Made by a program: the position numbers and the translations under genes | Source of the DNA: Pseudomonadota bacterium | GTDB lineage: Bacteria > Bdellovibrionota_C > UBA2361 > OMII01 | Direction: 5' to 3' | NCBI GenBank assembly: GCA_038134595.1 | Contig: JAYPVM010000004.1 | Location: 133,573 to 197,572, forward strand | DNA: 64,000 bases | Notes under the pieces: model-generated | What the model saw: only the letters and a program-made list of their open reading frames with translations | Database searches by the model: none | Told to the model about the DNA's origin: nothing | Part shown: piece by piece, positions 17,948-28,082 of the stretch | Layout of the letters: each line of letters starts with the position of its first letter | Position numbering within the stretch: position 1 is the first letter of the stretch

Positions 17948-19578
17948 ATTCGCCTCCTGTATTTGCTAAGCTGGCGGAGACACAAGGAGTGTAGCTCTCG
18001 AGCTTCATGCGAATTTAAAAGATATGTTGTCAGTCCGTAAACACATGCGCCTAGGCTTATTCCGAGAGTGATTTGTAGGAATGGATGTAGAGAAGAGAGT
18101 GGAACGTATGAGACTGCGAGTACTGCTAAAAGAGAGCCAGCGATAGAAATTGAAGTTGCGCGTACTACTGGTACCCAGGAAAAGGATTTAGATGAGCATG
18201 ACAACACCAAACTGGCTAGTCCCATTGAGAAAAAAGCGGCGATGGTTGAGGCAGATGCTAATCCGATGTGACCGAGCGAGAAAGAAACTGAGATGCTTTG
18301 ATACAAGAGCGCCTGTACATGTGTAAGACCCTCCACGATCCAGTTCGGGCCTTGTTCTGTAGAGAGGGGGCCGATCAGAAGTAATGCGCTCAGAATGGTA
18401 ATTAACAGCGTACAGGCTCCGATAATTGTAGGAGTGACCGTATTCTTTCGGGCTATGAATGCGCGAACGATCATGGAATGAAAACTAGAAGCCCATAGCC
18501 CGAGAGATAAGGCCTGTAGGGCGGTTGCTGTTTGCCGGGTTGCATATCGCGAGAATTCTCCGCGTTCGAATAAAAGTGTAATGATAGGTTCGGCGAAGAG
18601 GGCAATAGCGGTTGCTACGGGGATGATACAAAAGCTAGTATATCTTAGAGAGTTGGTGAGATGTTGGTTGAAGTTTTCATGGTCCGATGAGGCAGCGGCG
18701 TTGGATAGTGCAGGAAGTAGGACTGAGGCAAGAGCGATTGAGAAAATCCCCATCGGAAATTGTGCTATTCTATCGGCATAAAATAGCCAGGAAACGCTAC
18801 CGGTAGGTAGAAGAGAGGCCATGAGAGTTCCAAAGAAGATAGTAATCTGGTAGATGGATGCTCCGAGTGTCGCTGGAAGCATCAAGCGAAGCACCTCCCA
18901 TCGAACCTTCGACTCGCCAAAGAGCAGTGGCGCAATCGACAAGCCCTGCTTACGACAAGTGGGCAGTTGAGAAATTATTTGAGCAGAGCCTCCTGCTAGA
19001 ACTGAAAACGCAAGGATCCATGTTGCCGTTTGCTTGTCTGTCGCAAGCAGAGCGCAGAGCCCGCCTCCGATTAAAACCAAGTTCATTACAACTTGGGCTA
19101 TCGCGGAAGCCCCAAAGATACCAAGTGTATTGAGCGCTGAATTTATCATCGCAATGAGACTGACAAAGAGGATGTATGGCGCCATAATCTGCGTTAACTG
19201 AACACAGAGTGCAAAGGTAGTTGGATCATCGGTAAAACCTGGCGCAAATGCGGCCACGATTTTGGAGGCAAAGTAAATCACGGCGCATACGATCGGTATT
19301 GTTATCAGAAGCAGAAGTCCGGCAATGTTTCTGAAGGTTAGTCGAGCCTTGTTTTTACTCTCCACGCGCGCTGAGGCAAAGACGGGTGTGAAAGCGGCAG
19401 TGAGGGCTCCTTCAGCGAGGAAGCTTCGCAGCAAATTAGGTATTCGGAAAGCGACAAAAAACGCGTCTGCAAAGAGTGAGGAGCCCAACAAAAAAGCCAC
19501 TAAGAGGTCTCGACCAAATCCAAGAAGTCGGCTTAGGAGAGTTAGGGTAGATACAATAGTTGTTCCTCGTAGTAGCAC
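17944..19578 (-). CDS. murJ: Lipid II flippase MurJ
   Basis: SRLLGFGRD, DAFFVAFRIPNLLRSFLAEGA, YADRIAQFPMG, LFERGEF. Confidence 0.96.
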   Translation of the reverse strand: MLLRGTTIVSTLTLLSRLLGFGRDLLVAFLLGSSLFADAFFVAFRIPNLLRSFLAEGALTAAFTPVFASARVESKNKARLTFRNIAGLLLLITIPIVCAVIYFASKIVAAFAPGFTDDPTTFALCVQLTQIMAPYILFVSLIAMINSALNTLGIFGASAIAQVVMNLVLIGGGLCALLATDKQTATWILAFSVLAGGSAQIISQLPTCRKQGLSIAPLLFGESKVRWEVLRLMLPATLGASIYQITIFFGTLMASLLPTGSVSWLFYADRIAQFPMGIFSIALASVLLPALSNAAASSDHENFNQHLTNSLRYTSFCIIPVATAIALFAEPIITLLFERGEFSRYATRQTATALQALSLGLWASSFHSMIVRAFIARKNTVTPTIIGACTLLITILSALLLIGPLSTEQGPNWIVEGLTHVQALLYQSISVSFSLGHIGLASASTIAAFFSMGLASLVLSCSSKSFSWVPVVRATSISIAGSLLAVLAVSYVPLSSLHPFLQITLGISLGACVYGLTTYLLNSHEARELHSLCLRQLSKYRRRI

Positions 19579-19705
19579 CGTGGTTCTCGCTTAGGTGTTG
19601 TTTCTATATTCTGCGCCAATGAGAGAACAGTTATTCCACGATGTGTGGTATAAGGTGTTCTTTAACGGACTCCTCGTGGAGTTGCTCTAGGGCGCTGTAG
19701 GTACT

Positions 19706-20869
19706 CTAGCGAATCATGAAACTACGCGAAACACGATAAAGATCAGAGGATAGATCTACTCCTCTTGATCGGATAATGCCGTTATCACCAGCCATTGAGC
19801 TCAGCGGTATAAAGCCCAGTTTGTCGTAATCCCGTGTAACCATAATACCGCTATTGCCTTCCAGAGTGTGTTGAACGGCACCGTATCCGAGAAATTTCGT
19901 GTATTCGATATCAAAGGATATCGGATCGCAGCATCGCAGTTCATAGCCGATGTTCTTTGTAATCATGTGAACATCAAGATCTGCCTCTTGAAGCATCTTT
20001 TTAAGCGGGGGGATGATTACATCACCAAGTTCGACCTGGGAGTATCGGATCCGTCCCATGTCGTCACGAACGCAACTTTCAAGTGCGGCAGACTTACTAG
20101 CGTCGATACAATCTAAAATACCCTCCGCCAGGATTATAACGCCATAGTTTTTCCCCATGGCTAAGCGTTTTCTGATAGAGGACAGGAGCATCGCCGCTAA
20201 ATCCTCTGGAGTAGGGGAGAAGTCAGAAAACTCCTCGGGTATCAGAGCAGATGTTGCTCCCGCCGCTAGTCCCATACCGAGGGCAAGAAATCCGGCTTTT
20301 CTTCCCATCGTGGTCGCAAAAAACCATCGCCTACAAGTCTTTGCGTCTTCTCTTAGAACCTCTACGATACGTGTTCCCGCGTACAGAGCAGTTTCATAGC
20401 CAAAGCTCGGGTGGTTGTTCGGAAGTACGAGGTCGTTGTCGATAGTTTTTGGCACGTGAACGACTGAAATATCGGGGCATTCCTGTGATAACCGTAGACT
20501 TAGATATGCAGAACCCTCTCCGCCAATTACGATTAACTTATCAATGTTGTGTTGTTGTAAACCGGAGATAAACTGGTTGAGGTGTTTCTCGTCCTTTAGA
20601 GGGTTAAAGCGGGAAGTTCCAAGTATTGAACCGCCTTTATTATAAATATTGGTGACCATGTCCGTTGTGAGATCGAGAACGGCTCCCGGCTCTCCCATTG
20701 TTATATCCCGAAAGCCATTGACGAGCCCCTTTACCGAGTACCCTCTGTTATTAGCCTCGATAACACTGGCGCTTATAACCGAATTTATTCCAGGAGCTGG
20801 ACCACCACTTACTACGATTCCAAAATTCTTTCGTCCGCTATCGCGCTCTGAACACATACAAGACTCCAC
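19706..20869 (-). CDS. pfkA: 6-phosphofructokinase (PfkA superfamily)
   Basis: SGGPAPGIN, GGSILGTSR, IGGEGS, PKTIDND, MGRKAG, GYELRC. Confidence 0.9.
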   Translation of the reverse strand: MESCMCSERDSGRKNFGIVVSGGPAPGINSVISASVIEANNRGYSVKGLVNGFRDITMGEPGAVLDLTTDMVTNIYNKGGSILGTSRFNPLKDEKHLNQFISGLQQHNIDKLIVIGGEGSAYLSLRLSQECPDISVVHVPKTIDNDLVLPNNHPSFGYETALYAGTRIVEVLREDAKTCRRWFFATTMGRKAGFLALGMGLAAGATSALIPEEFSDFSPTPEDLAAMLLSSIRKRLAMGKNYGVIILAEGILDCIDASKSAALESCVRDDMGRIRYSQVELGDVIIPPLKKMLQEADLDVHMITKNIGYELRCCDPISFDIEYTKFLGYGAVQHTLEGNSGIMVTRDYDKLGFIPLSSMAGDNGIIRSRGVDLSSDLYRVSRSFMIR

Positions 20870-21345
20870 AAGTTTTTAATGTTGAGGATTTAAAGCGTAG
20901 AGGATCACAGTGTACGTTGTGAAGTCTAGATCACATAGAACAGAACTTACAGTCTAGCGCCGCCTCAATTTCTCCCCACATTGAGTTTTATAAAAAACGT
21001 CGGTTCAGAGTCAAAGACATCATGTTAGGCGTTTTTCTCAATTTGCCCCAAGGAGTGTCATAACTAAGACGCATTCCCATTGGTCGCCGGAGATTAGCAC
21101 AAAGTTACGAGCGCTCCAAATATGACAGGACAACAAAGCTGCCAACGTAGGTTTGTTTTGCAGCGGATATGTACCTCTTTTTTGTGCATGCGCTGTGTGC
21201 CATTGAGAGCGGTTTTTACGGACATGATTTGTGAGCAAAAATGAGGGGAAATTACTTATTTGGCCGAATGGGTGGTTCGATCAGACGATAAAAACTCAAG
21301 GTTTCAGCTAGTTATGGCGCTTAAACCGTTGTCGCGGAAATGAAT

Positions 21346-21395
21346 AAAAAAAGAGTGAGTGAGAAGTAGAATTCACTGCTTCTCACTCACCCTCT
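21346..21395 (-). terminator. Intrinsic terminator downstream of the DsbA-family gene
   Basis: Long stem gtgagtgagaag / cttctcactcac followed on the minus strand by a 7-U tract. Confidence 0.75.
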
Positions 21396-21462
21396 CTGTA
21401 GTCCCAGCCTCTCTCTACCTCTGTAGTAAAAGCGTAAGGCCGTGAGTATGTTATGCTAGGGA

Positions 21463-22248
21463 TTAATTAGCTCCCTTAACACCAGCGTTTAACCATCGGT
21501 CAACTATTTGAGCAAAGTGAGGCACTGGGTACGCTCCCTTCACAGCCACCCCATTTACAAAAAATCCGGGAGTGCCCTGAATGCCATTTTTGGAGCCTGT
21601 GTCCGCATCTAGCTTTACTTGCGCCGCAGCTTCACTTGAATTCATGTCGGCTTTGAATTTTTTCTCATCTAGTTTGAGCTTCTTCGCTGTTTCAAGGTAG
21701 AAGGCACTGCCTAGCTTATCTTGGTTTTCAAACATCTCGTCGTGGAACTCCCAAAACTTACCCTGTTGTTGTGCGGCCCAGGCTGCTTTTGCTGAAGGCT
21801 CGGCCTCTTTGTGAAATGGTAGGGGATAGTGTTTGAATACTACCTTAACGTCTTTTGGATACTTCTTGAGTACAGCGTCCATCGTCTCTTTGCCTCGCTT
21901 GCAGTAAGGGCATTGAAAGTCTGAGAACTCGATAATCGTTACCTTGGCGTCTTTAGGCCCCTTAACAGGGCTCTTGCCCGGGTCAATTTTTACTGGATTT
22001 TTAAATTGAGCTTCTAAATCAGCTTGGGCTTTCTCTTCCTGCTGTTTTAGCGCATCTTGCTGACGTTTTTGGAAATATTTTTCAATGGCTGTCCCAATTT
22101 TTGCTACACCTTCATCGGTAGCTAAATACCGCTCAATGGATGATGAAAAATCTTTTTCAGATATCTCCGCATTGGCGGTCGCTGATAAACCCACGGCGGT
22201 CGCTGTTAGGATTGCTAGTGTTGCTGAGTAAAATGTTCTTTTTATCAT
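21463..22248 (-). CDS. Exported DsbA/thioredoxin-family protein
   Basis: Signal peptide (ANA), EFSDFQCPYC, KHYPLPFH, GTPGFFVNG. Confidence 0.92.
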   Translation of the reverse strand: MIKRTFYSATLAILTATAVGLSATANAEISEKDFSSSIERYLATDEGVAKIGTAIEKYFQKRQQDALKQQEEKAQADLEAQFKNPVKIDPGKSPVKGPKDAKVTIIEFSDFQCPYCKRGKETMDAVLKKYPKDVKVVFKHYPLPFHKEAEPSAKAAWAAQQQGKFWEFHDEMFENQDKLGSAFYLETAKKLKLDEKKFKADMNSSEAAAQVKLDADTGSKNGIQGTPGFFVNGVAVKGAYPVPHFAQIVDRWLNAGVKGAN

Positions 22249-22759
22249 AGGTTTTTCTTTAAAGATTTTGCCTAAAGTTGACTAGACTATGGCAAGTTAC
22301 TGTATTATTAGAGAGCGCGCGCGCAAAAAGTAGAAGACTTTTATGTCGTTAAGCCAAGCTCAATGTCGTCTGGTAGAGAAGCGATAAGGGGGCGTTGCTC
22401 ACAGATACATATGAGATATCTGTCTGATAGCCATCACACCCCAAAGCGCCTCGCCTCCTTCTTGCGAACACAAGACTCAAGCAGAAGTCCTCTAGTCTCC
22501 TAGGAGATAGCAGAAAACTCGTCATCTCACAAACATAATTAAGAATAAAAGCGCTGGAACTTTTAGTGTAGTTCGGGTATGCAAGTAGCTCGTAGCAAAG
22601 GACGTGTCAGATGAGATTTTGACTGTAGTTCATAGCGCTCTTCGGAGCGCCCCAATTTGAAAGCTAGGGCGGGGATTCCAACGATTTAGGTCGATTGAGT
22701 GTAGCCGCTTCTGGAAGTTGTCTTGCTGATTTAGGGCCTTTAATTTCGAGGAAAGAGGT

Positions 22760-23344
22760 ATGGAGAAAAATATGATTTTATCGCTTATGACTGTAGCAGG
22801 TGTTTTTTGGGGTTTGGCGTCACTGGCTTCTGCAGACCCGCTTACAGCGACGCTTAAGACGTCCAAGGGAACTATAGAGATAGCTTTGGAGGCCGAGAAG
22901 ACACCTGTAACGGTTGCAAATTTCGTTAATCTAGCTCAAAAAGGGTTCTATAATGGCATTAAGTTTCATAGAGTTATTCCTGATTTTATGATCCAAGGTG
23001 GAGATCCAACAGGTACCGGAGCAGGAGGGCCAGGATACCGCTTTGAAGATGAGTTTGATGCAACACTAAAACACACAGGCCCTGGGATCCTCTCAATGGC
23101 TAATGCTGGTCCAGGAACGAACGGAAGTCAGTTTTTCATTACGCATGTTGCGACTCCGTGGTTAGATGGCAAGCACTCAGTTTTTGGACACGTTCTTAAG
23201 GGTCAGGATGTGGTCGATTCCATTGCACAAGGTGATACCATCGAATCTGTAGTGATTAACGGTGATACAAAGGCGCTTTTTGGCAACGCAAAAGTTGCTG
23301 CAAAGCTTGCTAGTTGGAATGAGGCTCTCGAGGCTCGTTCTTAG
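22760..23344 (+). CDS. Exported cyclophilin-type peptidyl-prolyl isomerase
   Basis: Signal peptide; [48 protein letters not shown]. Confidence 0.96.
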   Translation: MEKNMILSLMTVAGVFWGLASLASADPLTATLKTSKGTIEIALEAEKTPVTVANFVNLAQKGFYNGIKFHRVIPDFMIQGGDPTGTGAGGPGYRFEDEFDATLKHTGPGILSMANAGPGTNGSQFFITHVATPWLDGKHSVFGHVLKGQDVVDSIAQGDTIESVVINGDTKALFGNAKVAAKLASWNEALEARS

Positions 23345-23351
23345 TTTTTGG

Positions 23352-23374
23352 GGGCACGCTCTTCGAGCGTGCCC
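23352..23374. terminator. GC-rich hairpin just after the cyclophilin gene (terminator or RNA stabiliser)
   Basis: GGGCACGCTC-TTC-GAGCGTGCCC perfect 10-bp stem; U tract weak. Confidence 0.5.
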
Positions 23375-23769
23375 TTGGCAAAGCCAGGAGATAGTATTCT
23401 CCGAAACCACTGCAGGTAGTAGCAGTGTTCTCAAGCCCGATAAAAGACATTCCAATGAGAGGCCGTTAGGTATTTTCGGCAACGAGCCCTATCGACATTA
23501 AGATTTATTTGCATTCAGATTTGCTTGTCAGTAGGGACCTTGAACCCGATGGTGCTTGAGTGCTGATCGTATCCATGGAAGCCCCCTACGGAGGAGAGCT
23601 CCCATGGAATTAATGTTGTTATTCTGTTAGCTCTTTACAGCTTCATTTCATTCGTATCCAGCGTAAATTAATACCAGCAGAGCTCCAAGATAAACACAAA
23701 GGTCATAGGTCTTGTGTGGTCTTGGAGCCTACGAAACACGTCTCAGCAATTTACACTGGGAAAGTGAGT

Positions 23770-24633
23770 TTAAAGCTGGGCACCTTCCAAGGCTTTGATG
23801 CGAGCATCTAAAGGAGGATGTGTAGAAAACCACGAGCGTGGACCACTGGATATCTTGAAAGCCGCTAGTGCTGGTTGGTGTTCGTATCTCTTGCTGTTTG
23901 CTTGTAGTCGTCTAAGTGCTGCAATCATATCCCCTTTGCCTGCATAGCGCGCTCCCCCACGGTCGGCTCGATATTCGCGGTAACGAGAGAATGCACAAAC
24001 TACAACCATACCGAGGATTCCAAAGGCAATCTCAAGCCCTATCGTAATTAGCATCGCATAAAGGCGGCGATTCTCTTCTTTTGCATTCTGAGAAACCGCC
24101 CACGCTATGGCTCGGGCAAAGAACATTACAAACGCATTGATAACCCCCTGTAGAAGAGTCATGGTGACCATGTCCCCATTGGCGATATGCGCTATTTCAT
24201 GAGCGGCTACCCCCTCTATTTCGTTGCGATCCATTGAGTGTAAAAGGCCCGTTGAAAATGCCACGAGGGATCGACGTTTTGAAGGTCCTGTGGCAAAGGC
24301 ATTTACCTCGGCACTGTCCCATATGCCAACTTCAGGCATAGCTGGCAACCCTGCCTTGTGCGCCAGCTGTTCTACCATTGTATACACCCACGCCAACTCA
24401 GAGGAGTTTCGATTGATAACACGAACTCCCATTATTGTTTTGGCGCTCCACCGTGAGATCGATAATGAAATGAAGGCCCCACCCATACCCCACACAAGGC
24501 AAAATACGAGGAGAGACGAATAGTCCAGGCCTTGGGCTGTTATGTAGTGATTGACTCCTAGAATGCTCGTGACAACCGATATGGTTACGACGACTAGAAG
24601 GTTAGTAAGAATAAAAAGAAGGATTCGTTTCAT
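23770..24633 (-). CDS. htpX: Zinc metalloprotease HtpX
   Basis: NAFATG, VAAHEIAHIANGDMVTMTLLQG, FSRYREYRAD, STHPPL. Confidence 0.97.
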   Translation of the reverse strand: MKRILLFILTNLLVVVTISVVTSILGVNHYITAQGLDYSSLLVFCLVWGMGGAFISLSISRWSAKTIMGVRVINRNSSELAWVYTMVEQLAHKAGLPAMPEVGIWDSAEVNAFATGPSKRRSLVAFSTGLLHSMDRNEIEGVAAHEIAHIANGDMVTMTLLQGVINAFVMFFARAIAWAVSQNAKEENRRLYAMLITIGLEIAFGILGMVVVCAFSRYREYRADRGGARYAGKGDMIAALRRLQANSKRYEHQPALAAFKISSGPRSWFSTHPPLDARIKALEGAQL

Positions 24634-25296
24634 AGGATTGTTATATTACCTCTCTGGTTAATTTTTAAAAATTGGACCTTTAAGTTTAATCGAAAGTCTT
24701 TCGCCCGTAGGATAACCGCAATCTGTTTTGTAGAGCAAAGTATAGCCAAATAACGAGAATCGCTCCCCTGAAGGCTTGTCAAGGATCGCACGAATCCCAC
24801 TATAGAAACATCTCGAAAGATGAGTATAGCCGCTACGCAAATCTTTTGAACAGCCTAGTGAGTTTTTGGTGCGTTCAGCCGTTTGCTTCTTATGGTTTCT
24901 TCAAGACTGCCGTAGGGATACCTCATTAAAAATCCTGTCCATGCCACACCTTGCGGAGCTTATGTCTCTAGTTCTCCTCATGAAGACAAGAAACTAGTAA
25001 CGTAGAGCAGGTTAAACCGCATCTCCCAGTGTTAATCATTTCAGTTAGTCATTTCAATCAGAAGTGCGGTAATTTTGGGCTCTGAATGCAGGTCTGACTG
25101 CTCAAGAGGGGCGATTTTTCAACCGTAGTTTTATCTTTTTGACATGCCTTATATCAGCAGGTTGTATGATATTTAACTGAAGTTCTTATTGATTTTATCT
25201 TGTGAAGATTTCTTCAATACGGTAGTGCTAATTTGAAAAACCTATCATCTAAATAAACAGTGATTTGAGTTGTAGGGCCAGGGAAGGCAGGAAGAT

Positions 25297-25635
25297 ATGT
25301 TGATTTTAACTAGAAAGCCGGGGGAGAGTCTCTATATAGGAGATAATGTCAAGGTTACAATAGTTGAGATGAAAGGAAATCAAATCAGAGTCGGTGTGGA
25401 TGCTCCTTCGACTCTCAGAATTTATAGAGAAGAGATATATCTGCAAATTCTAGAGGAAAACAAGAGCGCCGCAGAAGGAATATCCGACGCTGCTTTGACA
25501 GAACTATCGGGTGGTTGGAAAGGAGTCTCTCGGGGCTCTGGACAAAAGGCTTCAGGAGGGCAGAGCGAAGGGGCAATAAATGCCAAGCGCTCAGATGTGC
25601 TTCTTAAACGAAAGTCAGCTGGAACAAAACAATGA
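25297..25635 (+). CDS. csrA: Carbon storage regulator CsrA with C-terminal extension
   Basis: MLILTRKPGESLYIG...IRVGVDAP...IYREEIY, followed by EENKSAA helix and a long tail. Confidence 0.95.
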   Translation: MLILTRKPGESLYIGDNVKVTIVEMKGNQIRVGVDAPSTLRIYREEIYLQILEENKSAAEGISDAALTELSGGWKGVSRGSGQKASGGQSEGAINAKRSDVLLKRKSAGTKQ

Positions 25636-25659
25636 AATTTTGCTCCAATGCTCTACAGC

Positions 25660-25704
25660 AAGGATGTAAGGGCAATAAGGATGTAAGGGCAATAAGGATG
25701 TAAG
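25660..25704 (+). repeat. 17-bp tandem repeat x2.6 carrying AAGGATGT motifs
   Basis: aaggatgtaagggcaat aaggatgtaagggcaat aaggatgtaag, ending 6 nt before the fliW ATG. Confidence 0.9.
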
Positions 25705-25710
25705 AGTGTA

Positions 25711-26244
25711 ATGAGTAACGAGACGGAAACACAAGGTGAGCAACTGACATTTGCCAGCGCTCGTTTCGGGGAATTCACTGTCCCAGCAGAGACGGTGATC
25801 GAAATTCCATCCGGAATAATTGGTTTTCCCAATTCCACTCGGTTCGTCATGCTCGAGCACAAACCCCCATTTTCGTGGCTGCATGCTATAGACGATCCAA
25901 ACCTAGCTTTTGTCGTAGTTGACGGTTTTGAATTCGGACAGCAATTTGATGTAAAACCTCCGATTGGAGATGTCGACACAGATCTTAAAGCAGAAGATGA
26001 GTATGCGATTCTGATTGTTGTGACGGTGCGCCCAGATCCAAGACTTACTACAGCTAATTTGAAGGCACCTGTTTTTGTGAACATGCGCAACAGAAAGGGT
26101 GTTCAGACTATTATCGATGACCAGCGTTATTCGACGCGTTTTCCGTTATGGAGCGAGGCGGCCTCCGAGGAGAATGGAGATGCTGATCAGGGACAGATAG
26201 CCGATACCTCTACCCAAGACGCTGTAGAAAACGCCAAAAGATAA
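25711..26244 (+). CDS. fliW: Flagellar assembly factor / CsrA antagonist FliW
   Basis: ARFGE, PSGIIGFP, PFSWLHAIDDPNLAFVVVD, TANLKAPVFVN, KGVQTI; adjacent to csrA. Confidence 0.93.
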   Translation: MSNETETQGEQLTFASARFGEFTVPAETVIEIPSGIIGFPNSTRFVMLEHKPPFSWLHAIDDPNLAFVVVDGFEFGQQFDVKPPIGDVDTDLKAEDEYAILIVVTVRPDPRLTTANLKAPVFVNMRNRKGVQTIIDDQRYSTRFPLWSEAASEENGDADQGQIADTSTQDAVENAKR

Positions 26245-26347
26245 CAAATTAAAAGTAGGCTAGTGCTGTTGGGCTCTTTTCGGTCTTTTGGACGGACTAG
26301 GTCGTGAGTGATTGTAAGACTAGAGTCTCTAATCTTAAACTCTATTG

Positions 26348-28012
26348 TCATTGTCGCTGAAATATTCTCCATCGACCGATGCGTTTTATCTCTCGTATTG
26401 AGGGAATATCCCGGTGGATTTTGATAAGATCTTTATCCTTTAGCCTGGCTATTACATAGGGACATTTGGCCTGCGCAACATCGGAATCGTGCGTAGAAAT
26501 AAGTTTGATTGCGGGAGCAGATGTCAATGCGCCGTAGAAGGAGGCTGAGAAGGGTGTTTTGTAGGGGAAAAATAAACACACCGAGTTAGGCGATGATTCA
26601 GGAAGTGATTGAGCGGCAGTTAGGATTCTTCGGGTCGAACGATTCTCTGAAAGATAGTTGTCGAGGCCTAAAATCGTACTTCCGTATAAAACCCCTGTCA
26701 CTAAAGATGTGTGTAGTAAGCTCATGTGAAGACCGCCGGAAGCTCGGTAGATACGAATAACAAGAAAGCTCTGCCCGATGATTATTGGAATCATGAAAGG
26801 CATAGATGCCCCGAAGAAGAGGGTGCCCACCGAGAGCGCGATCATAATAATGCTAAGAAGTGTTAAGGACCGCTTTACTATTATTATTATTAGTTTTGAT
26901 GATGTTGTGTGACAATAGTGCCACAGTATGCCTAATAAGAATGCAAAACCGGGGACTGAGGGCAGAAGGTATGTTCCAGTGTATTGCCGTGCTCCGAGCA
27001 GTAATATCGGACAGCTTAAGGACCATGCGAGTGCGAAAACTATCAGTGGACGTTCGAGAATAGAATCAAGAGCCTGTTTCGTAATGAGGCGTTTTCGTTC
27101 GGCGATCAGAGCTACTGCTACAAGGAAAGACCAGGGAAAGCAGGCTAGAATCATCATTCCAAACGCAGCGCCGAATGGTTGGTGATGTCCATTTCCGTAT
27201 TCATCACCGTAGTCACTTTTAAGATAGCGACCGAAGTTTTCATTCCAGAGAAAGTATTCCAAAAACCCCGGATTTTGTAGCTCTGCGAGAAGATACCAGG
27301 GTAGAACCAAAGCGGAGAACAAAAGCAGGCCACGAATCCACGGAAGAGCCGAAAGCTGAGCGGCCCATTTTCCGGAGCGTAGCCGATAAATGGCAACCCA
27401 CGGAATAATTGTCGCTCCTACTAGGATCGTTGCTAACGGTCCTTTGACGAGCACTCCCAGAGCCATTCCGATAAAGAAGGTGTATCGAGCAATTTTAGAT
27501 CTATCGCTTAGGAGAAAACTTACCAACGCGATTGTAATTCCGAGAGTTAGCGTAACGTCAAGCACTACAGCACCCGAGAGAAAAAACAAAAGACAACTCG
27601 TTGCTAAGGTTGCCATTGCGATGATAGCCGCTTCAGACCCTATGAGTATCGAGGTTCCAAATCCTAGCGTTGCTACAATTGCAATGCCGCTTAAGAAGCT
27701 TGGTAATCTAGCTGCAAAATTATTTTGTCCAAACAAAATAAAGGAGACCTGCTCAAGCCAAAAATGCAAGGGCGGCTTACCCAAGTATGGTTTAATTTCC
27801 CCGTGAAAATCTATCCAGGGTGTGATCCAGGTGTTTTTTGCGAGCATTAATTGGGCAACGCCAGCGTAACGACCCTCGGTTGTATCAACAAGATCGGGCA
27901 TACCAAGGCTTAACAAGCGAGCCAAAAAAACAGTGCCGAGGCAAAGAATGCTGACGAAGGTAACGGCTTGTAGGCGGGAAGACGAGTGCACTTGAGATGG
28001 CTTTGGGGACAC
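26348..28012 (-). CDS. ArnT/PMT-family (GT83/GT39-like) integral membrane glycosyltransferase
   Basis: DTTEGRYA, YLGKPPLHFW, FAARLPS, LVKGP, PWY, ENFGRY, HHQPF. Confidence 0.9.
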   Translation of the reverse strand: MSPKPSQVHSSSRLQAVTFVSILCLGTVFLARLLSLGMPDLVDTTEGRYAGVAQLMLAKNTWITPWIDFHGEIKPYLGKPPLHFWLEQVSFILFGQNNFAARLPSFLSGIAIVATLGFGTSILIGSEAAIIAMATLATSCLLFFLSGAVVLDVTLTLGITIALVSFLLSDRSKIARYTFFIGMALGVLVKGPLATILVGATIIPWVAIYRLRSGKWAAQLSALPWIRGLLLFSALVLPWYLLAELQNPGFLEYFLWNENFGRYLKSDYGDEYGNGHHQPFGAAFGMMILACFPWSFLVAVALIAERKRLITKQALDSILERPLIVFALAWSLSCPILLLGARQYTGTYLLPSVPGFAFLLGILWHYCHTTSSKLIIIIVKRSLTLLSIIMIALSVGTLFFGASMPFMIPIIIGQSFLVIRIYRASGGLHMSLLHTSLVTGVLYGSTILGLDNYLSENRSTRRILTAAQSLPESSPNSVCLFFPYKTPFSASFYGALTSAPAIKLISTHDSDVAQAKCPYVIARLKDKDLIKIHRDIPSIREIKRIGRWRIFQRQ

Positions 28013-28082
28013 AGAATTTTCTCCAAATTAATTACTACTATCTTGAAGTAGTTCCGTTTAGGCAAAAAGAATCAGAGCTTTG

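Noticed and set aside
20918..20935. TGTGA-N8-TCACA upstream of pfk as a CRP/Rex site
   Set aside because: The spacer is 8 nt rather than the canonical 6; single instance.
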